Part shown: piece by piece, positions 27,180 through 39,964 of the stretch
How positions within the stretch are numbered: the first letter of the stretch is position 1
Layout of the letters: each line of letters begins with the position of its first letter
NCBI GenBank assembly: GCA_964016885.1
Contig: OZ024742.1
Coordinates: 253,890,001-253,954,000, forward strand
Direction: 5' to 3'
Origin: Eledone cirrhosa
Taxonomy: Eukaryota
DNA: 64,000 bases
Notes under the pieces: model-generated
Databases searched by the model: none
Told to the model about the DNA's origin: nothing
What the model saw: the letters and a program-made list of their open reading frames with translations, nothing else
Translations under genes and position numbers: made by a program

Positions 27180-27190
27180 TATATATATAT
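26931..27190. repeat. Compound (TA)n/(CA)n microsatellite
   Basis: Direct reading. Confidence 0.95.
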
Positions 27191-27439
27191 AACATATAGT
27201 GTTATATTATGTTATGGGGTGTAAGAGCGAAAGAAAATGTGTAAAATCTGTAAAATGTGTGATGTATATATATATTACTACTTTTACAGAATTGCAGACA
27301 TAATATTCCTCATCAAACGGTAATATACAGTAACACAGGTGTGAAGTGTGTGAAACATTATAAGATATGAAATAAAATCTAAAGCAGAAATATATATACG
27401 AAAAGTATAATGGTGAAAAGATAATAGATATATTCTATC

Positions 27440-28440
27440 ATGTTATAAGTAATGGACTGATGTGATAACTCCATTTATGTGGAACTCTATTAACACTTAA
27501 TGTCCTGTGCCACATAAAACCGCATTAGGTAGACATTTTGTATGTCTTGGGTGTTGTCTTTGGTTTTGTTATTTTTGTTTTATTGAGAATAATCTCCATG
27601 TGTGCAATACCTGGTAGCACTATTTTCTGTATGATGTATAGGTTTTTAAGTCCTTGAGGTTTGGTTATGTATCTGTATGACTTTTTTTTATCATACATAG
27701 AGCACCTATTATTATAGGGATTGTAAGGGCGGTGGATTGGCAGTATTGACAGAGTATCGGACAACATGCTTTGCGGCATAAAGTTACGGCCCTTTACGGT
27801 CTAAATTCAAATCCTGCCGCGGTTAACTTTGCCTTTCATCCTTACAGGGTCGATAAAATAAAGCACCAGTAATATACCGGGGTCTATTTCATTGATTTTC
27901 CACTCCCCCAAAATTAATGGCCTTGTGCCTATACCAGAAATCATTATTATAGGGATAGTTTTTGTTTTCATCATTCACATTTCGGTTATTTCTACCTCTA
28001 GGTATTCATATTTGGATAATTCTCCATTTCCTTGATGGATATATTGTTGTCAGTGGAGATAGCTACATCAATTAGAAAACTTCCTTTTTTGTGGTCTTTG
28101 ACTATAATATCCTATCAGTTGGCTTTGATCTTCTTGTCTGTGTGCATTGATATATTACAGAGTATGGTTGCTTTGTCATTATCTGGTGTGTGTTTGTACC
28201 ATATTGTTTCTGTTCGTATTTCATAATGTTGGCATAACTTCCAGTGTATGTAAATCCCAACTCTATCATGTCTGTGAGCATATTCCCTTTTGGCTAAGAC
28301 CGGGCAATCAGAAATAATGTGCTCAATGTTTCTTGCCCACCATCATGTATTCTGCAGTTACTTGCTGCTACACTATGTACTTTTGGTGGTTTCTGGTGAT
28401 TATAAATCCTTCAGTATTGACTTTTAGTCCAGTACTTCTC
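27440..28440 (-). mobile_element. Degenerate R4/Dong-type non-LTR retrotransposon, 3' part (restriction-like endonuclease region), interrupted by a SINE
   Basis: Manual minus-strand translation across frameshifts gives EHIISDCPVLAKREYAHRHDRVGIYIHWKLCQHY...FLIDVAI...EMEKLSKY...IPIIIGAL...QKIVL, the CCHC-RHD-PD(D/E)xK layout of R4-clade elements. Confidence 0.75.
27722..27950 (+). mobile_element. Full-length tRNA-derived SINE with 14-bp TSD
   Basis: A-box-like GGTGGATTGGCAG, B-box-like ATTCAAATCC, central GCCTTTCATCCTTACAGGGTCGATAAAATAAAG (resembles the Deu/Nin SINE domain, from memory), (ATT)n tail; TSD ATTATTATAGGGAT at 27708-27721 and 27943-27956. Confidence 0.9.
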
Positions 28441-28719
28441 AATGAGTGTTGTCCAGATCCTTCCTATTCAGTTCCTTCAGGTATTAGCCATGTAGGGGCT
28501 TTACTTGCTATTCCTTTAGTATAGCATTCTACCTCCATAAGTTTGTCACTTGTTTACCTTTTTCTGAATTATTTACTTTGGAAATTATCGTCAAATAAGA
28601 TAAATAAATTCCTCTACTTTGTCTTGCAAAGGAGGTAACTTGGAATATTTGGCCCTTCAAGACCAATTTTCAAAATGTGTTTTGAAAATTTATGTCATTT
28701 TTTTCCTGAGAATTTCTAT

Positions 28720-29720
28720 TCTGCAGGCATCATATTTGATGCCCATGAACAACATGAGGGTGTGGAAAGATCAATGTCATCAACTCCCCAACTCTCAATA
28801 GCAGTGATTTTCCACCACTGAAAGTGGTCACTGCTGTTGTACCTCCATTATATATTACCATCTGGGTAATGGATTGGCAGTATTGGTAGAGGGTTGGATG
28901 CCATGCTTTGCAGCATAGATTTACGGCCCTTTACGGTCTGAGTTCAAATCCTACTGAGGTTAACTTTGCCTTTCATCCTTATGAGGTCAATAAAATAATG
29001 TACCAGTAATGCACTGGAATAATTACTGGCCTTGTGCCAAAAGTAGAAACAATTATATATTACCATGTGACCAATTTGTTATTTACTGGATTGGAGTATC
29101 TGCACTTTCACTTCTTGTCAAAAAGATACATTCCACTGTTCAGGAGATCCATCTGCTGCCAGCATTGTGGGCTTGACATATTGTGGCTGTTAATTCCCTG
29201 ATATGCACTGAGAATGTTGCAAATATTTCTAAATAATAAACAAGTGTGTTTGCCTTTTATCAGGTATATAATTCTGCAGCTCATCTCTTTGACTGAGCTG
29301 CAGTCTAGGGCCAAATGATGACTGTGACTGGATATTTAGCATCTGGAATGTTGTCAGGCCTTTTAAAAGTTGGCCAATATCATCAGTAGAAATTCCACAT
29401 TAGCATTCTATGGAGGACTAGGGTGGACAATTGCAACCTCATTTTCAGAGAGGCTCTAGATGTCAAACAGTATGACCTGATCAGTTTGTTCCTGGAGATC
29501 TTTCAACCCCCCCAGGACTATGGATAATTTCCAGAAAATCCTGGTTTGACAGTGCTACAGTGGGAGCTGGGGTTACCCACTCCCATTTTAAGACAATCTA
29601 TACAAGTATAGAAATGTTGTCACATGGTCTGACTGAGATGCGCACAGATCAATGAAACTGTTGTGTTCACTGTAGACTGGAAAGAAAAAAAATAGAGGCA
29701 TTTGTCTATGGCAGCCTTGT
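28720..29720 (+). mobile_element. Highly degenerate Tx1/L1-like remnant homologous to 21218-22835, interrupted by a SINE
   Basis: Shares SIIYYH, TCCATCTGCTGCCAGCA, ATGGATAATTTCCAGAAA and CTGAGATGCGCACAG..ATGAAACTGTT with the 21-22 kb copy. Confidence 0.65.
28862..29051 (+). mobile_element. Full-length SINE with 15-bp TSD
   Basis: Same family as 27722; TSD ATTATATATTACCAT at 28847-28861 and 29052-29066. Confidence 0.9.
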
Positions 29721-29883
29721 TTATCAAGGTGATTTTAGATCTATGAGGTTTGTTAACTACCTTTGAGTGCCACTCTTCACTATTTGGTTAATATATTGCT
29801 TTTTATTAATATATTGCTTTTTGTTGCGTATTTTTTCTGTTTACACATTTTATGAAAATGTGGCCGATAAAGAAGTTACTAGG

Positions 29884-30288
29884 ATGACGGATTGGCAGCA
29901 GTATCGGTAGGGGGTCAGACACCATGCTTTGCAGCATAGAGTTACACACCTTTACGTTCTGAGTTCAAATCCTGCCAAGGTTAGCTTTACCTTTCATCCT
30001 AACAGAGTTGATAAAATAAAACACCAGTAATTCACTGGGGTAATTGCTGGCCTTGTGCCAAAAGTAGAAACATTATTATTATTATTAGTATGGTGGATTG
30101 GCAGTATCATCAGAGCATCGGACACCCTGCTTCATGGCATAGAGTTACGGCTCTTTACGGTCTGAGTTCAAATCCCCACGAGGTTAGCTTTGCCTTTTAT
30201 TTTTACGGGGTCGATAAAATAAAGTAGCAGTAATGCACTGGGTAATTGCTGGCCTTGTGCCAAAAGTAGAAACAATTATTATTATTAT
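29884..30288 (+). mobile_element. Two head-to-tail SINE copies (~29884-30087, ~30088-30288)
   Basis: Each has GGATTGGCAG, GAGTTCAAATCC, the central domain and GGCCTTGTGCCAAAAGTAGAAAC-(ATT)n. Confidence 0.9.
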
Positions 30289-30289
30289 T

Positions 30290-30785
30290 GTTTGGATGTT
30301 TGGATTTTGCTTTGTGTTTGTATAAGCTGACTCCAATCTCACCTAAAGACCTCAAGAGAGAATAAGTTATAAGTTCAAGTAGGCATTTTGATAATTACTA
30401 TGTTTTGGGGGGAAAATGTAGTTCAGTAGTTCAGTGATAGAGATTTATGCTTTAATTGTGTGCCTAGGGTTTGATATAAGTACTGTTTTAGAGAATGCTT
30501 GTCAAAAAAATAAGAAAATTATAAGTTAGTTTAAAAGTAGTTGTTTGGTGCTAAAATAATAGTAAGACAATAAAATAATGGTAAAAAGTATTTGCTATTA
30601 TGTACTTTTATTAGTGCTTTTGGTAACATGTGAAAAAATATTGTTTTGGAGTTAAATTGTTTTAGACAGTCCCCATAAGTACTACTTTTTGATTTTTTCC
30701 ATTTTGAGATATCCTAGGATTTGAGATAGGTATTATTATTATTACTAAATTATTGATGTAGTGATGTGCTGCCATGTCTTTGTTT
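30290..30785 (-). mobile_element. Probable R4/Dong-type 3' end remnant
   Basis: Minus strand encodes KMEKIKKVVLMGT, followed by a 3'-UTR-like CTCTTGAGGTCTTTAGGTGAGATTGGAG and a (TAA)n end. Confidence 0.45.
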
Positions 30786-30877
30786 AGAGTAGGGGTTCTT
30801 AAACTTTTTTGCATCATCACCTATTTTCACATGGAAAATTTCTCACTGCTCGCCTTTATAGTAAATATTCAAAAGCA

Positions 30878-31010
30878 TTCACTGTAAATGAGGTTGGTGT
30901 TAGGAAGGGCATCCAGCTGTAGAAATCAAACCAGAATCAGTTCCCATCCCACCCTTGCAAGCAGGGAAAAGCGGATGTAAAATGATGATGATGATGATGA
31001 TGATGATGAT
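30878..31010 (+). mobile_element. Short RTE-related 3' module with (GAT)n tail
   Basis: CACTGTAAATGAGGTTGGTGTTAGGAAGGGCATCCAGCTGTAGAAATCAA...CCCTTGCAAGCAGGGAAAAGCGGATGTAAAA(TGA)n. Confidence 0.85.
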
Positions 31011-32639
31011 ACCCAAAATATTATGTAAATGTTTGTTACTGGTTCGTAAAGTGACTGTTTATGATGTAGAAAAAATTTACCGAAAGAGGTAACAAATAAT
31101 GATGACTTATGCAGCTGCTGCTATTACCATATTAAAGAACAGATGAAAGCAAACTTGGCCATTTAAAACTGTAACTGGTATCTGAGAGATTCGTGGTTCG
31201 ATTCCTTGTAGCAATTGATGGCAACTATTTTTGCCATCTTTAAGCGTCTTCACCCTATTTTATAAACTATTTTATAACATCTCCATGCATTCACCATGCA
31301 TTGTTTGTATTTTATTAAATTGAATTATAAAGTATATAATTTAGTTTTATGGTTAAGGTTATCGCATATGTTGCTAAGGAAAATAATATCACATTTTGAA
31401 GCAATCAGAGAAGTAGATAGTGGAGTGCTTTGAAAAAAAAAAAAAAAAATGTTTATTGTATCAAACAGTTCGAACAAACAGATTACACAATTACCCTTTG
31501 ACAATCATCATGCTTCTGTATGGTACAAAAGTCTCACATAGTCATCATCATCATTATCAAGGCAGAGTTGAAAATCTGTTCAAACAAAGAATTCGATTTT
31601 AGCCTGTTCACAGTTTTAATAACTAACTGCAATACATTACTAAGCCTGCCATTGATATTAAATGCTGTCGGTGAGCCATGCAGTGAATAATTAAAACAAG
31701 GTGCAAAAGTTCAAGTTTTAGGAGAGAAGAGAAACCTCTGTCTACCTACTATAGCAGGCAATCTATCAGATGCACATGCAACAGTATTGTTCAATGAGAT
31801 GTTATGCTCATTAAAATAGCTTCAATAAATCCAAAATAGACATACCTTTTCAGTCAAGCAACAATTGATCATTCAACAGGGTTGAATATTTTCATTAACA
31901 AAACGAACATACACTATCATCAAGCATTGACTTCCCACAACTGATGATTTGTCAACTTGCATGGAATTCATAAATCCGGAGATTATGCATGAGCTGGTGT
32001 TTGACATTAGTGGCCATTTCATTTATATGTCGAGAAATTGTGTTATACTAAGTGGAATTGTCTTCATAATTGTGTGACACTTTTTATGCATTACAGTCAA
32101 GAGAACGTCTTCATTAACAGGTTGAAGTAATTTTTCTCATATAGTGTGGGATTTACTGGCCAGTGTGATGAGTAATGCAATGCTGTACAACGCAATCATC
32201 GTATGACCTTGTTGGGTAGTTGCTTTCTCAAATCCCGAGACCAACTTTTTTTTGCTTTGTGAATGTGGTCTTAAGTTGTAAGATATATGACGAAGGTTTC
32301 TCTTTCTGGTTAGCATGTTTAGAATATAAATGATACTTTAAGCATGATGGCTTCATTGCTTAATGTTCAGTTGCAGATAAAACAAATGGGTAATTGTATG
32401 CTCTAAGGAGAAGTAATAAACCTATAAGATAAATAATCAATGCTACATTGACGACAAATTTTCTTTTTGGGGTGTTTAAAAATCATACAATACAGAGATA
32501 GGAACAAGAGATAATAACATTTTTATTCCCCAAGTTATAGTGTTACTCTAAGTCTGTTTTTAATAACCTGCAAATACAAGAACATAAGAACGTTGCAATC
32601 ACTTATCTATCAACGCAATCCTAGAACATAAAATGGCTG

Positions 32640-33047
32640 TCTGGTTATATAAGCATGCACATTGAGCTGTGAACAGGTCCCATCTTAGGATTCTCATATT
32701 TTTTCTGCCATTGTCATCTACTCCTTGTCTATGTCCAGTTATTTATTTTTTATTGATACTTCTCTAAGACAATGTCACTGCAATGTCATTGCATATGGGC
32801 TTTGATTGGAGATTTGTCCAGTCAAAAAAAAAAAAATGCAGGAAATTTCTCCTGGGCCTTCTTGTAAGAGTCACACTTAAAGTAGTTTTTCACAAAGAAA
32901 ATCCAGTGCTGGAGCTCCCACTGGAGTTTTGTTGTCTTCTTAAACATTGCATCTGCCATATCCAGAAATTTAAGGGTGATCAGTTACAAAATGAATATAC
33001 AGTGACACAAACGGTGTGTGGGGGCAATTGTTTTTGAGTCACCCTGT
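32640..33047 (-). mobile_element. Possible Tc1/mariner remnant (one end only)
   Basis: TA-CAGGGTGACTCAAAA terminus on the minus strand at ~33047; no partner TIR found. Confidence 0.35.
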
Positions 33048-33540
33048 ATATATTTATAAAAGTATATATATGTGTGTGTGAGTGTGTGTATACCTTGACT
33101 TTATAATGATAATAGTAATAATAATAATAACAAGGACAGCAACAACAATGGAATCTGATTTAAGCACGAGGCTATTATCACAATGATCCTCATTTCGTGT
33201 AACTACAAGAAATATGTAATAACCTCATCTTCATATTTATGATGATCTCTCAGTCGAAAACTCTTTCTTAATGGTTACAACTAGAATTGTTTATATCACT
33301 GCAAGCATCATATCCCCCATTTAAATTACTCTTTTCTGTATATTATCTTATTTAAAGAGATCTTATATTCATTTGTTTTTCAAAATAACAATTTTATCTG
33401 CGAATAACTTAATATTTGCTTCGTGCTAATAAACCATTTTCTGTTTCCTCTGTAAGGATACAACTTCTTTGTAACGATGATATTTCCTGCACATGAATAA
33501 ATGTCACTTGCTTTAACTTTAGTTCTAACATATAGATTAA

Positions 33541-34669
33541 TCATCATCATCATCATCACCGTTTTACGTCCGTTCTTCCACGCTAGCATGGGTTAGACGG
33601 GTTGTCCTGTTGTGGGCAGTGTCTGGTCGGCTGACCATGCCTTGCTCATACAGGAACTGATCTGGCTTGATTTCTACAGCTGGATGCCCTTCCTAACACC
33701 AACCTCATTTACAGTGAGTGCTGGGTGCTTTTTCGTGGCGCCTACACGTCCACTTTACAGTGTGGGCTGGGTGCTTTTTTGCCGTGGCACCTCCACGACC
33801 ACCTTGCGGTGGGGGGGGGGGGGGCATATTGTTTATATGCTTCAGCATGTACCCATGGGAGGTCGGGTACCCTGTATTACTGCGTGACGCCAGAAGTCAC
33901 GGTCGTGTGTCATTGACTTTGAGAGGTGTAGTTGGGTAAGGTCGGCTTTTATCACCTCATCCCAAGTCATCTTGGGTCTCCCCACTCCGCGGTTTCCATC
34001 AACTTCTAGTGCTCTGCACCTTTTTATGCAGCTGTCATCCTTCATACGCATCACATGTCCATACCAGCGTAACCGCCTCTCCTGCACGCAGCATTTGATT
34101 CCTCTTATGCTCAGTCTCTCTCTCAATTCATTTATGCTTTGTCGTTCACGTATATTACTGTTACACATCCATCGGAGCATGCAGGCTTCGTTTCTCTCTA
34201 ATCTACGTAAGTCTTCCACCTTCAGCGCCCAGGTCTCACTACCATGCAACATCGCTGTTCGGATACACGCATCATACAGTCTGCCTTTCATTCTGAGGGA
34301 GAAGCCTTTTGCAGCTAGCAGTGGTAGTAGTTCCCTAAACTTCTTCCATCCCGTTCTTACCCTAGTTATTGTACTTTCTGAGCACCCACCTCCGTTGCTA
34401 ATTCGGTCACCTAGGTAGCAGAAGCTGTCTACTGTTTCTACAGGGCCCTCCCAGAGATTGGTGGTACTTGTTTCCTGTGGCTGTTTGCTTGCTGTTTCAG
34501 CACAGCTGCTGCATGTGAATCCTACATTCTTAATTAAGCTTCCTGAGATCCCGCTACATCTCTTGTGTACCCATTGTTTGCATTTGGGGCAAAGAATGGA
34601 GTTCCTACCTACACCTTTCCTACATACTGAGCAAGGCCATTTCCCTGAGGGGATCTGGGTTCTGTTTTC
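33541..34669 (-). mobile_element. Young 5'-truncated RTE LINE copy (PHD-like insert, C-terminus, long 3' UTR, (GAT)n tail)
   Basis: ORF 33842-34291 (KGRLYDACIRTAMLHGSETW...RRLRWYGHVMRM); near-identical to 57890-59030; possible TSD TAATCAT at 33538 and 34670. Confidence 0.95.
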
Positions 34670-35334
34670 TAATCATTGGTTATATTAGTTGCCAAATGCT
34701 ATGAATTGTAAACAACACTGAAGATACCAGTTTGATGAACCTGTTTTATTTTAGAAGTCAATAACAACTTGACAGCTTCACTTCATAGAATTAACCTTGC
34801 ATTTTCTTCTACATCACCCACACTCACCCTGCCAAATTCTGTGGCAGGTCATAACACCACTTTGGTTATTTTGTTATTTACTTATCACAGCAAGTTAGAT
34901 ATTTAATTTAATCATGAAAAAATGTATAAAACTATGATCATTTAAGATTCCGTAAAGCACATCAGCAGGCCTTAAGGGCATGATCTACACTAATTATAGA
35001 TATATCAAATTTTGGGAACTCAATACTCATATGTGATACTATAATCTTGAATTCATGGAATTGTAAGGTAGCGGGAGACGGATGAAAAAATCATTAGTTT
35101 TTTTATATATATTAAATTATCTTGTAAATATGACTGTATTATTTTGTGGTCATATTTCTTATAAAATACATTGCCTATGATTTACAAATCACTTTGAAAA
35201 TAATCAAGAAGTTGGAATGATTTATTTATTTAATCAATTTAGATGTCTGTGTAGAGCTAGTATGTAATGATAGACTTGGAGAGGAGTCTGATACCCCTTA
35301 CAATTAAGAAACAAAAACAAGATAAACAAAGTGA

Positions 35335-35341
35335 GATAGAG

Positions 35342-35372
<31 letters not shown>

Positions 35373-35383
35373 GAAAGAGATAG

Positions 35384-35443
<60 letters not shown>
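35335..35443. repeat. (GATA)n-(GA)n microsatellite
   Basis: Direct reading. Confidence 0.95.
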
Positions 35444-35448
<5 letters not shown>

Positions 35449-35479
35449 ACACCGAGGAAAGAAGGTGAAAAACAAGAAC

Positions 35480-36330
35480 AACTTTAAACTGGCTAAAGGT
35501 TTCTGTTGTTAAATCTGAAAGATCTTGTATATGGTTGGTAGATCCTTGATAATATATTGTGCCTCCAATCTTAGAAATTTTTTAAAGACCAATTCCAAGA
35601 TGTCCTTTCTCTCAGACTGATACTTTCTACTTTGGAACTAATAGTGCCATAGATTCTCTGGGCAGTCTCCACAAGAACATAGAGGTAACTCTATAAGACC
35701 TGATTATAATAAAATATAATTCAAGAGTATATGGTCGGTTTGAAGCTAATTTAGTCTTTTTCTATTAACAATATTCAGTGCCTGATATGTTTTAAATGTT
35801 GATATATCTGGCTGAGATGGTAGTTAACAGAAATCTGAGAGCCTATCTCAAGATTCTTCCAAAATTTTTTATACCTTTGGCTAATTATAATTTTGATGAA
35901 TGATTTGACTTGTGATGGATTTGGAATGTAAACTATTTCTATTATATCCCTTTGTATTCCCTCCTTTTTCTAATTCACCTGCTTTCCTATTTCCTCTAAT
36001 ATCTGTATGACCTGGTATCCAAATCAATTTTATTTTCTGAAAGATAGTTAACTATTCTTAGCAGAGCTCTCTCAATATCGCTAACCCAACATTATTTTCT
36101 TAATTGAAATAGTTCTAGGTTCAATAAACTATCCATAAATAAAAAAAACTCTTTTTCCATGACATTTCTTTAGCTGAATCATTGGATAATATCATTCCCT
36201 GCATCAAATATTGTGAAATCCTAGTGTAATCTGAAGCTCATATCTGTATAATTCTTTTGTAAAGACCAAGCAGCTCCACATCCTACTACATTATCTGAAT
36301 GTGGGCCATTTAGTAATATAAATAAATTTC
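35480..36330 (-). mobile_element. Degenerate I-group (I/Nimb/Ingi-like) LINE remnant, RNase H region
   Basis: Minus strand gives KLIWIPGHTDIRGNRKA (RNase H motif WxPGHxGIxGNExAD), an upstream FMDSL, and a downstream CSCGDCPENLWHY knuckle relic. Confidence 0.55.
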
Positions 36331-36599
36331 TCATTATTTAGGTGGTGTTTGGAAGATAACTTAAATGTTCTTCCATAAAATTATGATGGAAGCTTCTTTT
36401 TCTTCCAAAGAAGAAGACATTTTGTGTCAGTACCAGTTCAGATGGCTTATCATTAAAAGGGTTAAGTTGTCTTGGAAATAAGATCATATTATGATATTGT
36501 TTACTAAAGTAGAAAATGTTCCTTGATCTAAATGCCAATATATGCCAATATTGCTGAAATGTCTTTGATGAGGTTTCACGTTAGAAAATTATTCAAATA

Positions 36600-36672
36600 T
36601 AACCACACACACACACATATACATACACACACACACAAACATATATATATATACATTTCTTCAAGAAAACTT

Positions 36673-36710
<38 letters not shown>

Positions 36711-37292
36711 AAGTTTTTTTGAAGAAATATATATATATATAAATACATATATATATATGTATGTACACACACACACACACACACACCTATACATACACAT
36801 TTCATATGTATATAGATATATCTATATTATATATCATAAACATCTTCACAAATATACACACATTTTTCAGACGGAAACATTTTCTAAAATCTAAACTATG
36901 GTATTAAAAAGTATAATTGTATGGGGTTGGGGGTGTTTGTTTCAATAAAATATAAAATTGATTTCAATAAATGTTAAGAGATAAAATATAAAAAGTGTTT
37001 AAAGCTAAAACTATAAGTAACAAAGCAGAAGGGGTTGGGCAATATTATAATGGAAAAAGAAATGAATAATCAAGATTTTATGTGGATTGAAAGTAAAAGG
37101 AAATGTGTTTTGTTTATTGAGAGAGAAAATATCAAAGATTAAAGTATAAATATCAGCAACTATTATTGAGTTCTCATTGATTATCTTACTTTCTTTTCTT
37201 TGTATATATCATAAAATATGGTCTGTCTCTCTCATATATATATATATATATATATGTGTATGTGTGTATATACATATATATATGTATGAATG

Positions 37293-37376
<84 letters not shown>

Positions 37377-37444
37377 CATATATATATATATATATACATA
37401 CATACATATATATATATATATGTATGTATATATATATATATATG

Positions 37445-37483
<39 letters not shown>

Positions 37484-37576
37484 GTATGTATGCATGTATG
37501 TATATACATATAAATATATATACATATATATGTATGGATGTATGTATGTATATATATACATATATATGTATGTATC

Positions 37577-37613
<37 letters not shown>

Positions 37614-37638
37614 GTATATGTATGTATATATATACATT

Positions 37639-37718
<80 letters not shown>

Positions 37719-37726
37719 CATATATA

Positions 37727-37762
<36 letters not shown>

Positions 37763-37835
37763 TATATTTCTTTAAGAAAACTTTATATATTTATATAAAT
37801 ATACATATATTTCTTCAAGAAAACTCTGTATATAT
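36600..37835. repeat. Compound (CA)n/(TA)n/(TATG)n microsatellites (36600-36830 and 37233-37835)
   Basis: Direct reading; source of the YI-repeat ORFs. Confidence 0.9.
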
Positions 37836-38165
37836 ATCATCATCATCACCACTGTTTTAGTCCATTCTTCCACACTAACATGGGTTAGACAGATTGTCCT
37901 GTTGTGGGTAGTGCTAGTCGGCTGACCTTGTTTTGCTCATACGGGAACTTATTTTGGCTTGATTTCTACAGCTGGATGCCCTTCCTAACACCAACCTCAT
38001 TTACAGTGTGGGCTGGGTGCTTTTTTGTCATGACCCCTCCATGACCACTTTTCAGTGGGAGAGGGTGAGGGCATATTGTCTGTATACTTCAGCTTCGGCT
38101 TGTACCTGCGAGAAGTCGGGTCTTCTCTATTACTGTGCGATGCCAGGGGTCACGGTCCTGTGTCA
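37836..38165 (-). mobile_element. RTE 3'-end fragment (ORF end, long 3' UTR, tail) ending in (TA)n
   Basis: Colinear with 33541-33910. Confidence 0.9.
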
Positions 38166-38849
38166 TCGCCTTTTTCTGTCGTACACCATCTTGTTTTTGT
38201 GTGTTGTGTTTGTGTGCTTAGTTTGCGCATGCATTACATATGGGTGTGTGGGTGTGTTTTTATTTATTTATTTATGTGTTTATTTACTTGGGAAAAACCC
38301 ATAAGTACTCAACCAACATATCAAAATAGAACATAGGGGCACATCAGAGAACATAAAGATGAAAATTATATCCACACAGAAAAGATGCAATGCTCAGACA
38401 AATAACAGAAGTGACAAACATAAATGAACTCTAACCAAAATTAGACAGTAAACGTGAGTGGGATGACAACATCACAACTAGTAATTAAGGACAACATGAA
38501 GACATACAGACACACACGAAAACCAAAACTAACTAAACAAATCAGACACACACAGATAGAACAAACAACCAGCTAGTGACAAGTAAATAAACACATAAAT
38601 AAATAAAAACACACACACCCGGATGTAAAGTATGTGCAACACACAATACACAAGAACAAGATGATGTAGGACAGAACAAAGGAAGGACACAAAATAAAAA
38701 CCCAGTCACTGAGGGGTACACAGAATGTGTGACGAAAGAGCTTTGACAATATATAAACAACCATCCGGTTATCGAACCAACCAACCGGAAATTTATAATA
38801 AATTGAAGTGAAAACCAGCAGCTGCATGTGTTTTTATTGGCAAAATGAC

Positions 38850-39061
38850 CCTCCCAAATTATAACAAGAAATCTCCGTGGAAGGTATATGCTGTAGAGGA
38901 AGAACACGAAAATCACTGTCGGAGGTGGTGAGAGCTGATCTCAGATCACTGAATCTCATACAGGAGATGTCAAAGGACCATGACGAATGGAGAGATGCTG
39001 TGCTGAATAGGACACATCCCATGCTTGCAAGCAGGGAAATGCGGATGTAAAATGATGATGA

Positions 39062-39065
<4 letters not shown>
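38850..39065 (+). mobile_element. RTE 3'-end fragment, short-UTR type
   Basis: Encodes EVVRADLRSLNLIQEMSKDHDEWRDAVLNRT, then CCCATGCTTGCAAGCAGGGAAATGCGGATGTAAAA(TGA)n followed by (TA)n. Confidence 0.85.
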
Positions 39066-39101
<36 letters not shown>

Positions 39102-39102
39102 G

Positions 39103-39340
39103 TGTTAGTGAACTTGAGAATGGTGTTTGACATGTAGGACACCTTCTCTTGAGGTATAAGGATACGATCAAGGATATTTTGAAAAAACGTAACATTCTTT
39201 ACTGCTGGAGTCATTATGTTGATGAGAGACCAATATGGTGGAAGTTTATCCATGATGTAAGCATTGATATTGAAAACCAAAGAAAACAGGACAAGAAGAA
39301 AAGGATAAATTACACAATAACAGACCAGATCGACTAACAT
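39103..39340 (+). mobile_element. BovB-type RTE C-terminal remnant
   Basis: ELENGV.HVGHLLLRYKDTIKDILKK...DERPIW resembles the GELxxGxRxxGRPxxRYKD motif. Confidence 0.55.
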
Positions 39341-39462
39341 GATGAACGGACTTTGTCATGCTACTAATTTGTTACAAACGAATCGAACATTATTATTAAT
39401 GTTTGATATAACCCTTATGTACATACGTATATGTATATATGCGTGTGTATGTATATATATAT

Positions 39463-39514
39463 ATCATCATCATCTTCGTTTAACGTCCATTTTCCACGCT
39501 AGCATGGGTTAGAC
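39463..39514 (-). mobile_element. ~52-bp RTE terminal fragment embedded in (TA)n
   Basis: Minus strand GTCTAACCCATGCTAGCGTGGAAAATGGACGTTAAACGAAGATGATGATGAT, with TA repeats on both sides. Confidence 0.85.
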
Positions 39515-39546
<32 letters not shown>

Positions 39547-39549
39547 TAT

Positions 39550-39880
39550 GTGTGCGTGTGTGTACATATGCATACTTACAGTTAGGTATCAGCTGTGCCA
39601 GGGCGAGAAATAAAATTCTAATTTTATTTTTAATATTTGGCAAGGCCAGCTGTAACTCGCTTGGTATGCAAATGAGGCTACTCAGCCGATGTGTACTTAA
39701 AAAATATTATATATTTTCAACCGTTCAACAGACTGGCAGAGGTATACATTCCTGATGAAAGGTAATGACCCAGAAACATGTTGATTGTTCCTCAAAGCCA
39801 GTGTTGAACAGACAGGTGACGATCGGTCACCGGTACAGCTTCAAATCGGGCCATTTGTTTACAAATGAATTAAACATATG
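39550..39880 (+). mobile_element. Diverged relative of the 420-bp hammerhead element (single monomer)
   Basis: Shares TATGCAAAT..GGCTACTCAGCCG, CGTTCAACA..CTGGCAG..GGTATAC, CAGTGTTGAACA and TTTGTTTACAAA in the same order as 23290-23495; hammerhead at 39746-39788. Confidence 0.7.
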
Positions 39881-39964
39881 TGTGTGTATATATACATATA
39901 TATATATAAATGTGTGTGTGTGTAAGTATGCATACTAACATACATATATATATATGAATAAATT

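Noticed and set aside
31170-31260. tRNA gene (GGTTCGATTCC B-box)
   Set aside because: No cloverleaf can be formed; at most a decayed SINE head.
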